From NCBI RefSeq assembly GCF_009834535.1, contig NC_045697.1, positions 112,284,001 to 112,348,000 on the forward strand: a stretch of 64,000 nucleotides of DNA, read 5' to 3'. The notes under the pieces are model-generated. The model searched no databases and had not been told where the DNA came from. It worked only from the letters and a program-made list of their open reading frames with translations. This document shows, in pieces, positions 13,700 to 27,055 of the stretch. Origin of the DNA: Camelus ferus. Taxonomy: Eukaryota. Every line of letters starts with the position of its first letter. Within the stretch, counting starts at the first letter, position 1. A program made the translations under genes and the position numbers.

Positions 13700-13930
13700 T
13701 GCCTTTTCTTTTGTGCTTTCTATATTCAATCCACTGTGCTAAACACGATCTATCAATTGCTTTTCTTAGTACTACAAACTTATAAGATAGAGGTTATTAT
13801 TTCATTTTACAAGTGTGGAGACTAGAGTGAGAGAAAAGCAATTGCACAAGATCATATAGAGTGAGGGTGTGAACCCAGGTCTCCTGGAGCTACAGCACTT
13901 ACATTAACCACTGGGCTATACTGCCTCCTG
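13700..13930 (-). mobile_element. MIR SINE
   Basis: 'ttattatttcattttacaagtgtggagactagag...ttgcacaagatcatatag...tgaacccaggtctcctg...taaccactgggctatactgcctc'. Confidence 0.75.
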
Positions 13931-14486
13931 GGTGGACATCCCAAACCTTACCAAATCTGGCCCTGAGAAATTGCACACACAGTCTTTGGCTTCTTGGGTC
14001 CCTCTACATTAAAAGAGTCATATTTGGGGCAAGTATTTGTGTATTAAAAAGTTTACATAACTTGAAATTTCACCTCTCCTAAATACTGTATTTCTGTGAC
14101 AACTGCTGTGCAATCATATATACAACATACATGTGGGATCTGGGTATGCAGAGTGTCTGCATTCAAGTGTGTGGATATTAAATTATAGAAGTTGAAGCTC
14201 TTCCATCAGTTAAAACTTCTGGAACCAACAATGGAATATTTGTGTTATTGGTTAGAAAAGTCAACAACTATGACAGACATGGAAGAAATGTGACTCATCT
14301 TCACAAAGAAATGTGAGGTGGGGTGGGGCTTAAGCATCAGTGATTGATTTTGCGACACTGGTCTTGAGTCATAAATCGATAGCAACTACATCAAAACTAG
14401 TGTTATGGCTAATTACTTTTTAAATTAAAATGTATTTTTTTTAATTTGAGAATTTCAAAATGCTTCTTGAGATGATTATAGTCTAA

Positions 14487-14701
14487 TTATTTTTTATTTT
14501 TTAAACTTTTTTATTGAGTTATAGTCATTTTACAGTGTTGTGTCAAATTCTAGTGTAGAGCACAATTTTTCAGTTATACATGAACATACATACATTCATT
14601 GTCACATTCTCTTTCGCTGTGAACCACCACAAGATCCTGTATATATTTCCCTGTGCTACACAGTACAATCTTGTTTATCTATTCTACATTTTGAAATCCC
14701 A
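14487..14701 (-). mobile_element. Young 5'-truncated L1 3' end
   Basis: Poly(T) tail plus about 195 nt roughly 95% identical (10 substitutions and 1 indel by eye) to 36671-36870. Confidence 0.85.
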
Positions 14702-14819
14702 AGAAACAGGGCTGGAAATTTCTGTTTAAGGGATTTCTACTTTGTATTAAAGTGTCTGATTTCTCTCCTTTAATTGATGGGGGGTGTGTGTGTGAGAGAG
14801 AGAGATAGTTGTTTTGCTT

Positions 14820-15485
14820 TCTGATTCATCCTTAATTATTCTTCATTCCACACACTGTATTGAATCAGTTATCAAGTGTAATTGATTGTAACTCTCAAAA
14901 TACCCTCCCTCCTCCACCTCTTTTGCATTAGTTTAGGTTCTCTTCTTCCATTTCCTTAGCAAAGGTTGAAGCTCACCAGCTGGTCTTCCTACTACTATTC
15001 TTTCTCTTTCTTATGAGAACTATCTCGATCATAGAACATTTCTTCTTACAAATTCCAGTGCCTCTTATCTTATGTGAAATCAATATTCAAAGGTATCTGC
15101 ACAAGCTTAAAAACTTGAAACCTATCCAGTGGTTCTGCATTAATTGCAGCAATTGCTCTCTTGGAATCTTATACTCCCACCATATTGAATCCAGTTCAGT
15201 TCAAATAAAATCTTGTTTTATTCTTCTATGACTTTTCAGATACTGTTTTCTTGTATGAAGTGTCCTTTAGTTTTCTCTATGACTTAATCGGTATTTAAGT
15301 TGTGTGTTTAAATTGTCACGTCTTTAAAAACTATTCCAATTATTTGTATGTATACATGTCTCCCCTTTCAGTCTGTCAATTTCTTGAGACCAGGAGTAAT
15401 GAAATATTTTACTTGTGTCCACAATTTCTGTGACAGTGCTGGGGGGTGTCATGTAGACATTTGATAAATATTAAATTGAGTTGAA
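14820..15485 (+). mobile_element. Degenerate L2 fragment
   Basis: Ends 'tgtctcccctttcagtctgtcaatttcttgagaccaggag...gacagtgctgg...gtagacatttgataaatattaaattgagttgaa', the L2 3' terminus pattern. Confidence 0.55.
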
Positions 15486-16607
15486 GTGTATAATATGTGC
15501 AATGGATATATTTTAATTGTGTGAACCTGCTTCATAGAGAAGGCAGAAGAAGAGGATTCTAAAGGAAAGGAAAAAAGAAATTAAGAAAACCTTAGGAACC
15601 AGGTGGTTTGTGTAGCATATGAAAAATACATACAGTCTAGAGTTGGGACGGCAAATAGATTCTCCTTGTAGTATTGACTCGAGTGAATCCATTGTGGCTG
15701 AGTCATGTGTGAGAAGAATGGCAAGTCTATGGCAGGATTCAGGAGGAGAGAGAGATACAGCTGATCTGTAATGCTGCCAGGGGCACAGGAGGAAGGATGG
15801 GGAGGACCTGAGCTTTGGATTTGTTGAGTTGCATCTGGAGCAATAATGCTCAGGCTATTTTGTTGTCAAATCGATATTAACAAGGGAAATTTACATGTTT
15901 GGATCGAGGCAAAAGTAAGATTCTTTTCAAGCTACCTGTCCCTTAGATTCTCACAATTTTTCATGACACCACAGTAAGATGACAAACATTATGAGAACTG
16001 CTGGTCTTCAGCAGTGATTCCAAACCATGGGCCTTAGATTCCTGAAGGGCCCTGCAAGGCTCCTTCATGTCTGTAGCACAAGAGACATTCTCTTAATTTT
16101 TAAAAAATGTCATTCGATGATATGTACTGTAATTTTAAAGTGTGTATATCAGCTATTGTGATTCATAATATAAATAAAATTTATCTAAACGGTTTATTAA
16201 ATGTATAGTAGCTTCTTGTCATGATAGGTTTTTTAAATTAGTGGCCACTAAAAGGAACACATGATACATTTTCCATGTTCAGAGGGTTTCTTATTCTCAA
16301 AGAAAATGGAAATTATTGGTTACGAAAAGATACTGAACCAAATTTGACTTTCATGGGTATTGTTGAAGGAAAGGGAGAGGATGCTTGAATGAATGGTTAG
16401 AAGAAAGAATTAGTATATAGTATTCTGAATCTTAGAAATTGTTGAAGGTTTTAAGAGGGGTGACATTGTATAGCAACGTATATGAAAGGCTGTTTGCCAG
16501 TTGAATTTGAACTGATTACAAAATACGTGAACTCCTAATTTTATTATCATAAAAACATATATTGAAAAAAGTCCTGTTATTCTAATATTAACATAAATAT
16601 GTGGCCA

Positions 16608-16719
16608 CTGTTTTATATTGATTCTAAGACGCACATATATTACACATTTTATCATTTCTGAAATTGATATGCAACCTCACAGTTCCTATTGGCCAGGTAG
16701 AAGTTGAGACACAGTTTTT
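16608..16719 (+). mobile_element. Tc2/Kanga1 (MER104-like) DNA transposon, left part
   Basis: 'attgattctaagacgcacat...cacattttatcatttctgaaattg' matches the recalled MER104/Kanga terminal sequence. Interrupted by the L1 at about 16720. Confidence 0.65.
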
Positions 16720-16802
16720 TAAAATCTTTTTTTTTACTGAACTATAGTTAATTTACAATGTAATGTTAGTTTCAGGTATATAGCGAAAGTATCCAGTATT
16801 TT

Positions 16803-16854
<52 letters not shown>

Positions 16855-16870
16855 CACACACACACATGCA
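16803..16870. repeat. (TA)n(CA)n compound microsatellite inside the L1 3' UTR
   Basis: Seen directly. Confidence 0.9.
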
Positions 16871-19845
16871 CGTATATATTCTTTTTCAAAATTTTTTCCA
16901 TTATAGGTTATTACAAGATATTGAATATAGTTCCCTATGCTATACAGTAGGTTCTTGTTGTTTTTTTCTGTTTTATATATAGTAATGTGTATATATTCAT
17001 CCTGAACTCCTAATTTTTCCCTCCCCACAACCTCTTTCCCCTTGGGTAACCATCGTTTGTTTTCTATGTCTGTGAGTCTATTTCTGTTTGTAAATAAGTT
17101 CATTTGTATCTTTTTTTTTTTTAGATCCCACATATAAATGATACGATATTTATCTTTCTTTGTCTGGCATATTTCATTTAATATGATGATTTCTAGATTC
17201 ACCTATGTTGCTGCAAATGGCATTATTTGATGCTTTTTATGACTGAGTAATATTCCATTGTACATATATACCCCATCTTCTTTATCCATTCATCTGTCAG
17301 TGGACACTTAGGTTACTTCCGTGTCTTGGCTATTGTAAATAGTGCTGCTGTCAACATTGAGGTACATGTATCTTTTCCAGTTAGAGTTTTCTCCAATATA
17401 AGCCCAGGAGTGGGATTGAAGAATCATATGGTAATGCTATTTTTAATTTTTTAAGGAAACTCCATACAGTTCTCCATAGTGACTGATCCAATTTACATTC
17501 AACCAGTGGTGTAGGAGGGTTCCTTTTTCTCCACACCCTCTCCACCATTTATTATTTGTAGGCTTTTAAAATGATGGCCATTCTGAATGGTGTGAGGTGA
17601 TACCATATTATAGTTTTGATTTGCATTTCTCTAATAGTTATCAATATTGAGCATTTTTTTGTGTGCCTATTGACCATCTGCATACCTTCTTTGGAGAATT
17701 TGGAGAAATGTCTCTTTAGGTCTTCTACCCATTTTTTACTCAGTTATTATTATTATTACTTTGCTATGTTAAGCTGTGTGAGCTGTGTGCATATTTTGGA
17801 AATTAATCTCTTGTCAGTCACATCATTTGCAAATATGTTCTCCCAGTATATAGGTTGTCTTTTCATTTTGTTTACTTTCCTATGTAATAGGCTTTAAGTT
17901 TAATCAGATCCCATTTAAAAATTTTTGCTTTTATTTCCATTATTCTGGGAGATAGACAGATCCAAAAAAAAATTGCTGTGATTTATGTCAGAGTGTTCTG
18001 CCTATGTTTTCCTCTAGGAATTTTAGAATATTCAGTCTTACATTTAAATCTTTAATCCATTTTGAGTTTATCTTTTCATATGGTATAAGAGAATGTTCTA
18101 ATTTCATTGATTTACATGTAGCTGTCCAGTTTGCCTAGCACTGTTTATTGAAGAGGCTGTCTTTTCTCCTTTGCATATTCCTGCCTTCTTTATTGTAGAT
18201 TAATTGATCAGAAGTACATAAGTTTATTTCTAGATTCTCTATCCTATTACATTGATCTATATATCTGTGCCAGTACCATACTCTTTTGATTCCTGTAGCT
18301 TTGTAGTATAGTCTGGAACCAGAGAGCGTGATTCCCCCAGCTCTGTTCTTATTTCTTAAGATTGTTTTGGCTATTCAGGGTCTTTTGTATTTCCATACAA
18401 ATTTTAGAATTATTTGTTCCAGTTCTGTGAAAAATGCCATTGATAATGATAGGAATTGCATTGAATTTTTAGATTTTCTTGGACGGTATAGTCATTTTAA
18501 CAATATTGATTCTTCCAATTCAAGAACATGTTATATCTTTCCATCTATTTGTGTCATCTTCAATTTCTTTCATCATCTAATTTTTTCAGATCACAGGTCT
18601 TTTTCCGCCTTAGGTAGGCTTATTCCTAGGTATTTTATTCTCTTTGATGTGATGGTAAATGAGATTGTTTCCTTAATTTCTCTTCTTGATACTTTCATTG
18701 TTAGTGTGTAGAAATGCAACAGATTTCTGCATACTAATTTTGTATCCTGCAATTTTACTGAATTCATTGATGAGCCCTAGTAGTTTTCTGGTAGCGTATT
18801 TAGGATTTTCTATATATAGTATTGTGTCATCTGCAAACATTGACAGTTTTACTTCTTTTCCAATTTGGATTCCTTTTATTTCTTTTTCTTCTCTGATTGC
18901 TGTGGCTAGGACTTCCAAAACTATGTTGACTAAAAATGGCAAAAGTAGCATCCTTGTCTTGTTTTCGGATAAAAGTTTATCAGTGTTGTTTATTTTTCAA
19001 AGACCCAGCTTTTAGTTTCATTGATCTTTTCTCTCTCTCTTTTTTTGTATTTATTTCATTTATTTCTAGTCTGATCTTTGTGATTTCTTTCCTTCTCGTA
19101 ACTTTGCATTTTGTTTGTTCTTCTTGCTTTAGTTGCTTTCGGTGTAAGGTTAGGTTGGCTATTTGAGATTTTTCTTCTTTCCTGAGGTAAACTTGTATTG
19201 TTATATACATCCTTCTTACAACTGCTTTTGCTGCATCCCATAGGTTTTGGATCATCACATTTTTGTCTTCATTTCTCTAGGTATTTTTTTATTTCCTCTT
19301 TGATTTTTTAGGTGATCCATTGGTTTGTCTAGTAGCATACTGTTTAGCCTCCATGTATTTGCAGTTTTTGCAGTTTTTTTCTTGTAGTTGATTTCTAACG
19401 TCATATTGTTGTGGTAGGAATAGATGCTTGATATGATTTTGGTTTTCTTAAATTTACCAAGGCTTGCTTTGTGGCCCAGCATGTGATCTTTCCTGGAGAA
19501 TGTTCCACCTGCACTTGAAAAGAATATTTATTCTGCTTCTTTCAGATGGAATGCTTTATAAATATCAATTAAGTCCATCTAGTGTAATGTTTCATTTAGG
19601 GCCTGTGTTTCTTTATTGATTTTCTGTCTGGATGATGTGGCCATTGATGTAAGTGGGATAGTAAAGACCTCCACTCTTATTGTGTTACTATCAACTTCTC
19701 CTTTTATGTCTGTTAACATTTGCCTTATATATTGAGTGCTCCTATGTTGGGTGCATATATATTTACATTTGTTACATCTTCTTGAATTGATCATTCAGTT
19801 AATATGTAGTGTCTTTATTTGTTTCTTGTAACAGTCTTTATTTTA

Positions 19846-20698
19846 TTTTTTTATTTTTAAAAAAATTTTAAAATATATTTTTATTGAAGTATGATGTTGT
19901 GTCTATTTCTGGTGTACAGCACAATACTTCAGTCACATAGGAACATACATACATTCACTCTCATATTCTTCATCATAGGCTATAAGATATTTAACATGGT
20001 TCCTTGTGCTATACAGTATAAATTTCTTGTTTATTTATTATATATATATATATTGGTTAGTATCTGCAAATTTTGAACTCCCAATTTATCCCTTCCCATC
20101 CCTTTCCACCCCTGGTAACCATAAGTTTATTTTCTATGTCTGTGAGCCTGTTTCTGTTTTGTAAAGATGTTTATTTGTCTTTTTTTTTTAGATTCCACAT
20201 ATAAGTGATATCACGTGGTATTTTTCTTTCTCTTTCTGGCTTACTTCACTTAGAATGACATTCTCCAGGTCCATTCATGTTGCTGCAAATGGCATTATTT
20301 TATTGTTTTTATGCTTGAGTTGTATTCTGTTGTATAAATATACCACAGCTTCTTTATCCAGTCATCTGTTGATGGATATTTCCATGTCCTAGCTATTGTA
20401 AATAACACTGCTATGAACATTGGGGTGCATGTGTCATTTTGAATTAAGGTTCCCTCTGGATATATGCCCAGGAGTGGGACTGCTGGATCATATGGTAAAT
20501 CTATTTTTAGTTTTTTTCGGAATCTGCCATACTGTTTTCAATAATGGCTGCACCAAACTACATTCCCACCAACAGTGTAGGAGGGTTCCCTTTTCTCCAC
20601 ACCCTCTCCAGCATTTGTCATTTATGGACTTCTGAATGATGGCCATTCTGACTGGTGTGAGGTGTTACTCATTGTAGTTTTGATTTGCATTTCTCTGG
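19846..20698 (-). mobile_element. Younger 5'-truncated L1 nested in ORF2 of the older L1
   Basis: Poly(T), 3' UTR and ORF2 C-terminus. Perfect 13-bp TSD agtctttatttta (19833-19845 / 20699-20711) at a TTTT/AA endonuclease site. Confidence 0.93.
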
Positions 20699-23383
20699 AG
20701 TCTTTATTTTAAAGTCTGCTTTGTCTGATGTAAGTATTGCTATTTGAGCTTTCTTTTGATTTCCATTTGCATGGACTACCTCATCTATCCTCTCACTTTC
20801 AGTCTGTATGTGTACCTAGATCTGAAGTAGGTCTTTTGTAGGCAGCATATACATGGGTCCTGTTTTTGTATCCATTCAGCCAGTCTTTGTCTTTTTGTTT
20901 GGAGCATTTAATCCATTCACATTTAAAGTAATTATCAATATGTATGCTTCTATTGTCATTTTGTTAATTGTTTTGGATTTGTTTTTGTAGGTCTTTCCCC
21001 CACTCTTGTTTTGTTTTTTTTTCTCTTGTGAGTTAATGACTATCTTTAGTGTTATGGTTAGATTCCTTTTCTTTTTTTGATGTGTATAACCATTATAGAT
21101 TTTTGTCTTGTGATTATCATGAGGTTTTTGTGTAGCATTTGATGTATATACATGCTTTTTTAAAGTCATTAATCTCTTAATTTCAAGTGCATTTTAAATA
21201 TTCTACATTTGTACTCTCCTTCCCTCACAATTACTGATTTTGATATTATATTTTACACTTAATTGTCTGTGCATCACTTAACTGCTTATTGTGGATACAG
21301 ATGATTTTTACTGGTTTGTCTTTTAACTTCCCTACTATCTTTGTGTGTGGATGATTTCCTACCTTTATTGTATGTTTGCCTTTACAGTGGACTTTTCCAT
21401 TTTGTTTTTTTCTTGTTTCTAGTTGTGGTCTTTTTAGTTTCACCTAGAGAAGTTCCTTTAGCATTTGTTGTAAAGCTGGCTTAGTGGTGCTGAATTATTT
21501 TAGCTTTAGTTTGTCTCTAAAGCTTTTGACTTCTCCATCAAATCTGAATGAGGGCCTTGCTGGAAAGTGTATCCTAAGTTTCAGGTTTTGTCCCTTTCAG
21601 CACTTTGATTATATCATTCCTCTCCCTTCTTGCCACTAGAGTTTCTGCTGAAAACTCAGCTGATAGACTTATTGGAGTTCCCTTGTATGTTATTTTTTGC
21701 TTTTCCCTTGTTGCTTTTTAACATTATCTCTTTATATTTGATTTTTGTCACTTTGATTACAGTGTGTCTTGGTCTGTTCCTCTTTGGGTTAATCTAGTAT
21801 GGGACTCTTCATGCTTCCTGGACTTGACTGTTTCCTCTCCCAGGTAAGGGAAGTTTTCAGTTATTACCTCTTCAAATATTTTCTCAGGCCCTTTCTCTCT
21901 CCCTTCTCCTTCTGGGACCCCTATAATGTGAGCATTGTTGCACTTGATGTTGTTGTGGAGGTCTCTGAAACTGTCCTAAATTCTTTTTATTCTTTATTCT
22001 TTTTTCTGTTTAGCAGCAGTGATTTGCACTACTCTGCCTTCCAGTTCACTGATCTGTTCCTCTGCCGCATTTAGTCTACTGTTGATTCCTTCCAGTGCAC
22101 TTCGGTTATTGTATTTTTTAGTTCTGTTGGTTGTTTATATTTTCTAACTCTTTGTTAAAATCTTTGAACTTTTCACTCTGTGCATCCATTCTCCTCTTGA
22201 GTTCTTTGATCATCTTTACAGTCCTTTCTCTGAATTCTTTCTCAGATATATTGCCTATCTCCACATCACTTAATTTCTCTTCTGGGGTTTTATCTTGTTC
22301 CTTTGTCTGAAACACATTCCTCTGTCACCTCATTTTGTCCAAATTGCTATTTTTTATTTTTATAAATGTGGTAGGTTAGTTATGTTTCTTGACCTTGGAG
22401 AAATGACCCTCCGAAGGAGACATCCTATGAGTCCCAGCAGTGCACTCTCCTCTCATCACCCAAGGGGCCAGGGACCAGCTGGTTCTTGGGTAGTGTCTGG
22501 CCTACATTTGCAGTTTGTATTTTTCTTGCTTCTGGTGTCTGCCCCCTTGTGGGTGAGGCTGGTCCAGAGGCTTGTGCAGGTTTCCTGGTAGGAGGGGCTG
22601 GGTCCTGCCCACCAAAATGGGTGGAGCTGGGTCTTGGCCCTCTGGTGGGCAGGGCTATGTCTGTAGGCAGCCTGTCTGCTGATGGGTGGTGGTGTTTTCC
22701 TGCCTAGTTTGTTGTTTGACCTGAGGCATCTCAGCATCAGAGCCCACAGGCTGTTGGGTGGGGCCAGGTCTTGATGCCAAGATGTCAGCTTCCAGGGAGA
22801 GTTCATACAGATGAAGGACCCTCAATATGTGCACCACCAGTGTTTATGTCCCCAGGGTGAGCCACAGCTGCCCACTGCCTCACCAGGCGAAAAAGCCTAG
22901 CAGGTAGGTCTTGCCCGCAGTCCTGTGAAATTACTGCCTTTGCCCATGGTCCCAGCATACATGAGATTTTGTGTGCCCTTTAAGAGTGAAGTCTGTTTCC
23001 CCCAGTTCTGTGGAGATCCTGCAGTCAACCTCCCCCTTCGAAGCCAAATGCTCTGGGGGCTCCTCTTTCTGGTGCTGGACCACTGGGCTGGGGAGCCCTG
23101 ACACGGAGCTCAGAATCCTCATTCCTGTGGAAAACCTCTGTAATATAATTATTCTCTAGTTTGTGGTTTGCCCGCCCAAGGGGTATGGGATTTGATTATG
23201 TCACAATCAGCAACACCCCCCCACACCTGTCATGTTGTGATTCCTTCTTAATGTCTTTATTTCTAGATCTTTTCTGGAATGTTCTAGTCTTTTTCATCAA
23301 TGATTGTTCTGCAGTTAGTTGTGATTTTGGTGTGCCCATGAGGAAGTGAATTTAAGGTTCTTCTCTGCCATCTTAGCTGCTTC

Positions 23384-23458
23384 AAGAGAGTTTTTATTGC
23401 CTTCGCATGGGTAGACTTAGTTATGGCCTGTGTCATTCCTGTTGGCAGTACAACTGGC

Positions 23459-23490
<32 letters not shown>

Positions 23491-24021
23491 TGGCAAATTA
23501 TAACAAACCACATGAAAAGCATTTGAGAAGGAAAGTGATTGCTATATGTTACCTGAAAACTGTTCATTGACATCTTCTGGTAAGATCAAGAAAGAACCAG
23601 CATCACAACCTGTAGTGTGGGTATAAGAAGCCTGGGAGAGTACTAGAACTCTCTTTTAAGAACTGTTGCTTCACTGATCTCCTTGGTGGCACAGAGGATC
23701 ATTTTGTATGGGGGAAAAAGAAACAGCATTGATCACATTGAATTATAAAATGTTTCAGAGGATTTAGACTCTGAATGAAAAAATTTTAGAAATACTCTTG
23801 AGCAATTTATTTTGCATATATTTTTCAACAGGGGTTAGTAGAAATCTATGTATAAGTAAATCTAAATTAGCCTTTTCAATAAGGATACAATAAATATTCT
23901 ACATGACAACAAATTACAAGGTCAAAGTTTTAAATCGCAGATGTGGCTTTTTCCTCCTTAGTGGCAAATAAAATAACAAGAAATTCATAATTTATGGCAT
24001 CTTAAATTTAATCAAATATGA
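23384..24021 (+). mobile_element. Tc2/Kanga1-like DNA transposon, right part with transposase remnant
   Basis: 23567-23711 translates (one stop, one frameshift) to LTSSGKIKKEPASQPVVWV*EAWES..SFKNCCFTDLLGGTEDHFVW, like the C-terminus of pogo/Tc2 DDE transposases. Right end 'atggcatcttaaatttaatcaaatatga' followed by TA is a degenerate inverted repeat of 16608-16632. Confidence 0.7.
23459..23486. repeat. (TA)14 microsatellite
   Basis: Perfect run seen directly. Confidence 0.95.
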
Positions 24022-24403
24022 TAAATTTCTAGTAGCTGGAACTATGTAAACCAGAATCATTCTTAAAGTTAGTACTTTGGCAAAATTTATAATACAGCAT
24101 CAATAATATATTTGGGATGAATGAATGAATGGATTATAGTACCTATAAATAATATTAAAGTACCTGAGAAAATCAAATATATTTAAAGAATCTCTGAATT
24201 GTCAAGGAAATACGGAATTAAGTTCAAATAAATAATTGTATTATATTGCATTTAAAATAGTAATCCAGACATCACTCTTTACAAGTCAGATTTTTTTTTT
24301 ACTAAAACAGTGAATCTGCAAACCAGTAGTTTAAACAAAATTTATTGAGTTTAAATTCATAATACTACAAATAACATGAAATCAATGATTTTACTTCTGT
24401 GTA

Positions 24404-24901
24404 CAGACCTTCCTCGATTTTCCATGAGGTTACATCCCAATAAAACCATTGTAAATTGAGAATATAGTCGAAAACGCATTGAGTACATGTAACCTACTGA
24501 ACATCACCCCTAACCTAGCCTACTTTAAACGTGCTCAGAACACTTACATTAGCCCTGTAGTTGGGCAAAAGCATTTAACAGAAAGGCTATTTTATAATAA
24601 ATTGTTGAATGTCTCATGTAATTGATTGAATACCATACAGAAGAAGGTGAAAAAACAGAACGGATGTCAGGGTCTAGAATGGTGGTAAGTGTGTCAGTTT
24701 TTTCCCCTTGTATCCGTGATTGGCTGGGAGCTGCGTCTCACTGCCACTGCCCAGCATCACTAGAGAGGATGGAAATACACATCACAAGCCCAGGAAAAGA
24801 TGGAAATTTAAAACTCGGCATTCAAAGTGAGGTTTCTACTGAGTGTGTCTAGCTTTCTCACCATCATAAAGTTGAACCATTGTTAAGTTGAGGACCGTCT
24901 G
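24404..24901. mobile_element. Tigger-family non-autonomous DNA transposon (MER47/Tigger5-like)
   Basis: Flanked by TA (24402-24403, 24902-24903). TIRs cagaccttcctcgattt / reverse complement cagacggtcctcaactt (13/17). Internal 'cctagcctactttaaacgtgctcagaacacttacattagcc' matches recalled MER47. Confidence 0.85.
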
Positions 24902-25919
24902 TAAGTGAAAATCTATTACATTAGATCTTTCCTGAAACAGACTTCCTCTTGTATTACTTCAATGTAGATTTATCTGAGGGATCAAGACATTTGTTTGATC
25001 TGTTGAATTATAAAAATCAGAATGGAAAAGCTATAAGCAATCTTTCACAAATTCTTAAGCATTTAAAAATTATAATCTGAGGATGTGCTTTATCGTCAGC
25101 AGAGTTTTGAGTCCTCTGATCCTTAATCGTATTTTCGGAGCTACTGAGTATTTTTTTTTTAAGTTTCAGTGTAAAAATTAAGATAAATAAACAATTGTAA
25201 TACTATAGATCATCATATTAAAAAACATGTCTACTTAAAAAAATTAACACATTTAAAGGCTTTAAATAAGATTCTGGTGGCATATTTGTAACTAAAGTTA
25301 TTTTGATATATCTTCTTTGTCCTTGTTGAAAAATGCATATATTTCTAGAGGTGAAATAGAAATAGATTTTAAGGATAATTTTTCATGATCTTTCCTTCAT
25401 GGGCTATTACATGACAATTTGAGATACTGAGCACAAAATCAATTCTTAGCTTGCACAGAAATAAAGAATGAATCCTTTTCAAGTTATTTTCATTACTTGA
25501 CAGAATTTTCCTCTTTGAATTATATGATTAAATATTCATCAATGCATTTTATCTTTAAGCTACATAATTGAAATTTTCATTTATAGATTATTAGCAAAAA
25601 TTAGGCAAGAAAATAAGAATATACATCTGGAGAAGGGAAATTCTTGAGTTCTTAACTTCCGAAGCAGTCTTTTTTCCTCCCAATTGTGATTTTAATTTAA
25701 TGACATCACAAGAGTTTAGAATGGAGAGAATCAGTTTTTGAACTTGGGAATGATTATGAATATAAATGCCTGACTTGAAAAGCAGCTTTAGTAAGCCTCA
25801 ACAGTTTATATAACATTTTTGTAATGCAGTATCTTCTTTTTGTTTCAACTGATGAAACTTCAAAGATGTAGGAAATAATAGGTAGGTCTCCTTGATTTTT
25901 TAATCTTAGAGACATCATT

Positions 25920-26480
25920 ATTCATCCATTCATCAGACTAGTACTGCGTGACTGGCTAGCCCCAGGGACAAGTGAAGATGCCAGGAATGCCCCTGACTTG
26001 AAAGAGTACATCTGTTAGTGGGGAAGACATATATGCAGATAAATAGCTCCAATTCCCCGTGTGTGAATGCTGCTATAGAGACGAAGCAATGTGCTTCAGG
26101 ACACAGGGAAAGACATTGTCGTGTGTGATGAAGGATTTCAGAACAATTTCAGAGAGAGGGTGAAGCAAGAGAAGACAAGAAAATTCTGTGAAGGCATAGA
26201 CTTATTAGGAGATAGCAGGTCATTTGTTATGGCAGAAGTATTCACCCTAGTGGTAGGCGAGGCCAGAAAGACAGACTGGGATTAGAGCATAAAGAGCTAA
26301 GTATTTTGATCTTTATGTTTGTAGTGATGATAAACCACTGAAATGTTTAATGTATGGTACGATATGTCAGATTTTTGAAAGGTCTTTATAAGAACAAGAT
26401 TGAGGGTGGAGTGGTGGAGAGTGATCAGAGACATGAAGGCTTGTAGCCTATGAAAGTCTGATCAACTGTGATGTAAGGGA
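25920..26480 (-). mobile_element. Degenerate L2 fragment
   Basis: Begins 'attcatccattcatca...tactgcgtgactggctag' and continues as purine-rich L2-antisense sequence. Confidence 0.6.
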
Positions 26481-27055
26481 GGTGGACGGCCAAAGTTGAT
26501 TCTGTTATTGCTTCAGTCAGGGGAGTGACGGCCTGAAAAGAAAGTCTGTTTTTTCTAATCAGTCCCCATAGCTCACTGACTTCCCTCCTGCAACCTGTTA
26601 CCTCCTTCCATTCACACAAAACTGGCTACATCAATGAAAATACGTTTGCAAGTCAAATCCTACTATAAAAAATCTGTTTCGTAATGAGTATAAAACCCCA
26701 GGTAATGATCAGTATATTTCATGTTCATTTCAAAAAAAAAAACACCTTCAAAATCCAACTTAACAAAAAATCTAAAACCACCTATAAAACCAGAGTATCA
26801 AGCTGCACAGAAATCCTTCCTAAGGCTGAGGCCACACTTGGAAGTTCCCAGACCTCCTGGGACTGATACCAAATAGCACCAGGAGTGGGAGTCACTTACT
26901 GTTCATCATTGTTTGGCTCCAGTGCAGAAAGCCCAGTTACTAGTTTTTGTTTTATATAAATGAGCTTTGATACACATGCAGCCAGAAAAATATCTATAGA
27001 AAATAAATGAGGACATCAACTTAATTAGGATAAATTTTCACATAATTTATTTACC

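Larger units (their letters stand above)
16721..23383 (-). mobile_element. Near full-length decayed LINE-1 (5' UTR, ORF1, inter-ORF spacer, ORF2 with internal deletion, 3' UTR, poly(A))
   Basis: 5' end 'gaagcagctaagatggcagag' at about 23383. ORF1 fragment MFQTKEQDKTPEEKLSDVEIGNISEKEF (22118-22315). ORF2 start MTIEAYILIITLNVNGLNAP (ATG at 20959). Endonuclease fragments at 19579-19794, 19255-19482 and 18980-19258. RT fragment [34 protein letters not shown] (18673-18951). Many stops and frameshifts. Confidence 0.95.

Noticed and set aside
14540..14773. Duplicated small gene (MSNSSVEHNFS..., also 36709-36903)
   Set aside because: Antisense frames of two copies of the same L1 3' UTR.
16753..17202. 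149-aa ORF, the longest in the track
   Set aside because: Read-through of the L1 ORF2 end, 3' UTR and a TG/TA microsatellite.
18673..18951. Reverse transcriptase ORF as part of a novel RT system
   Set aside because: It is an ordinary LINE-1 ORF2 fragment (FADD motif) in a decayed L1 with stops, frameshifts and a deletion.
23521..23715. Domesticated pogo-family gene exon (POGK-like)
   Set aside because: In-frame stop, frameshift and flanking transposon termini mark it as a fossil DNA transposon.
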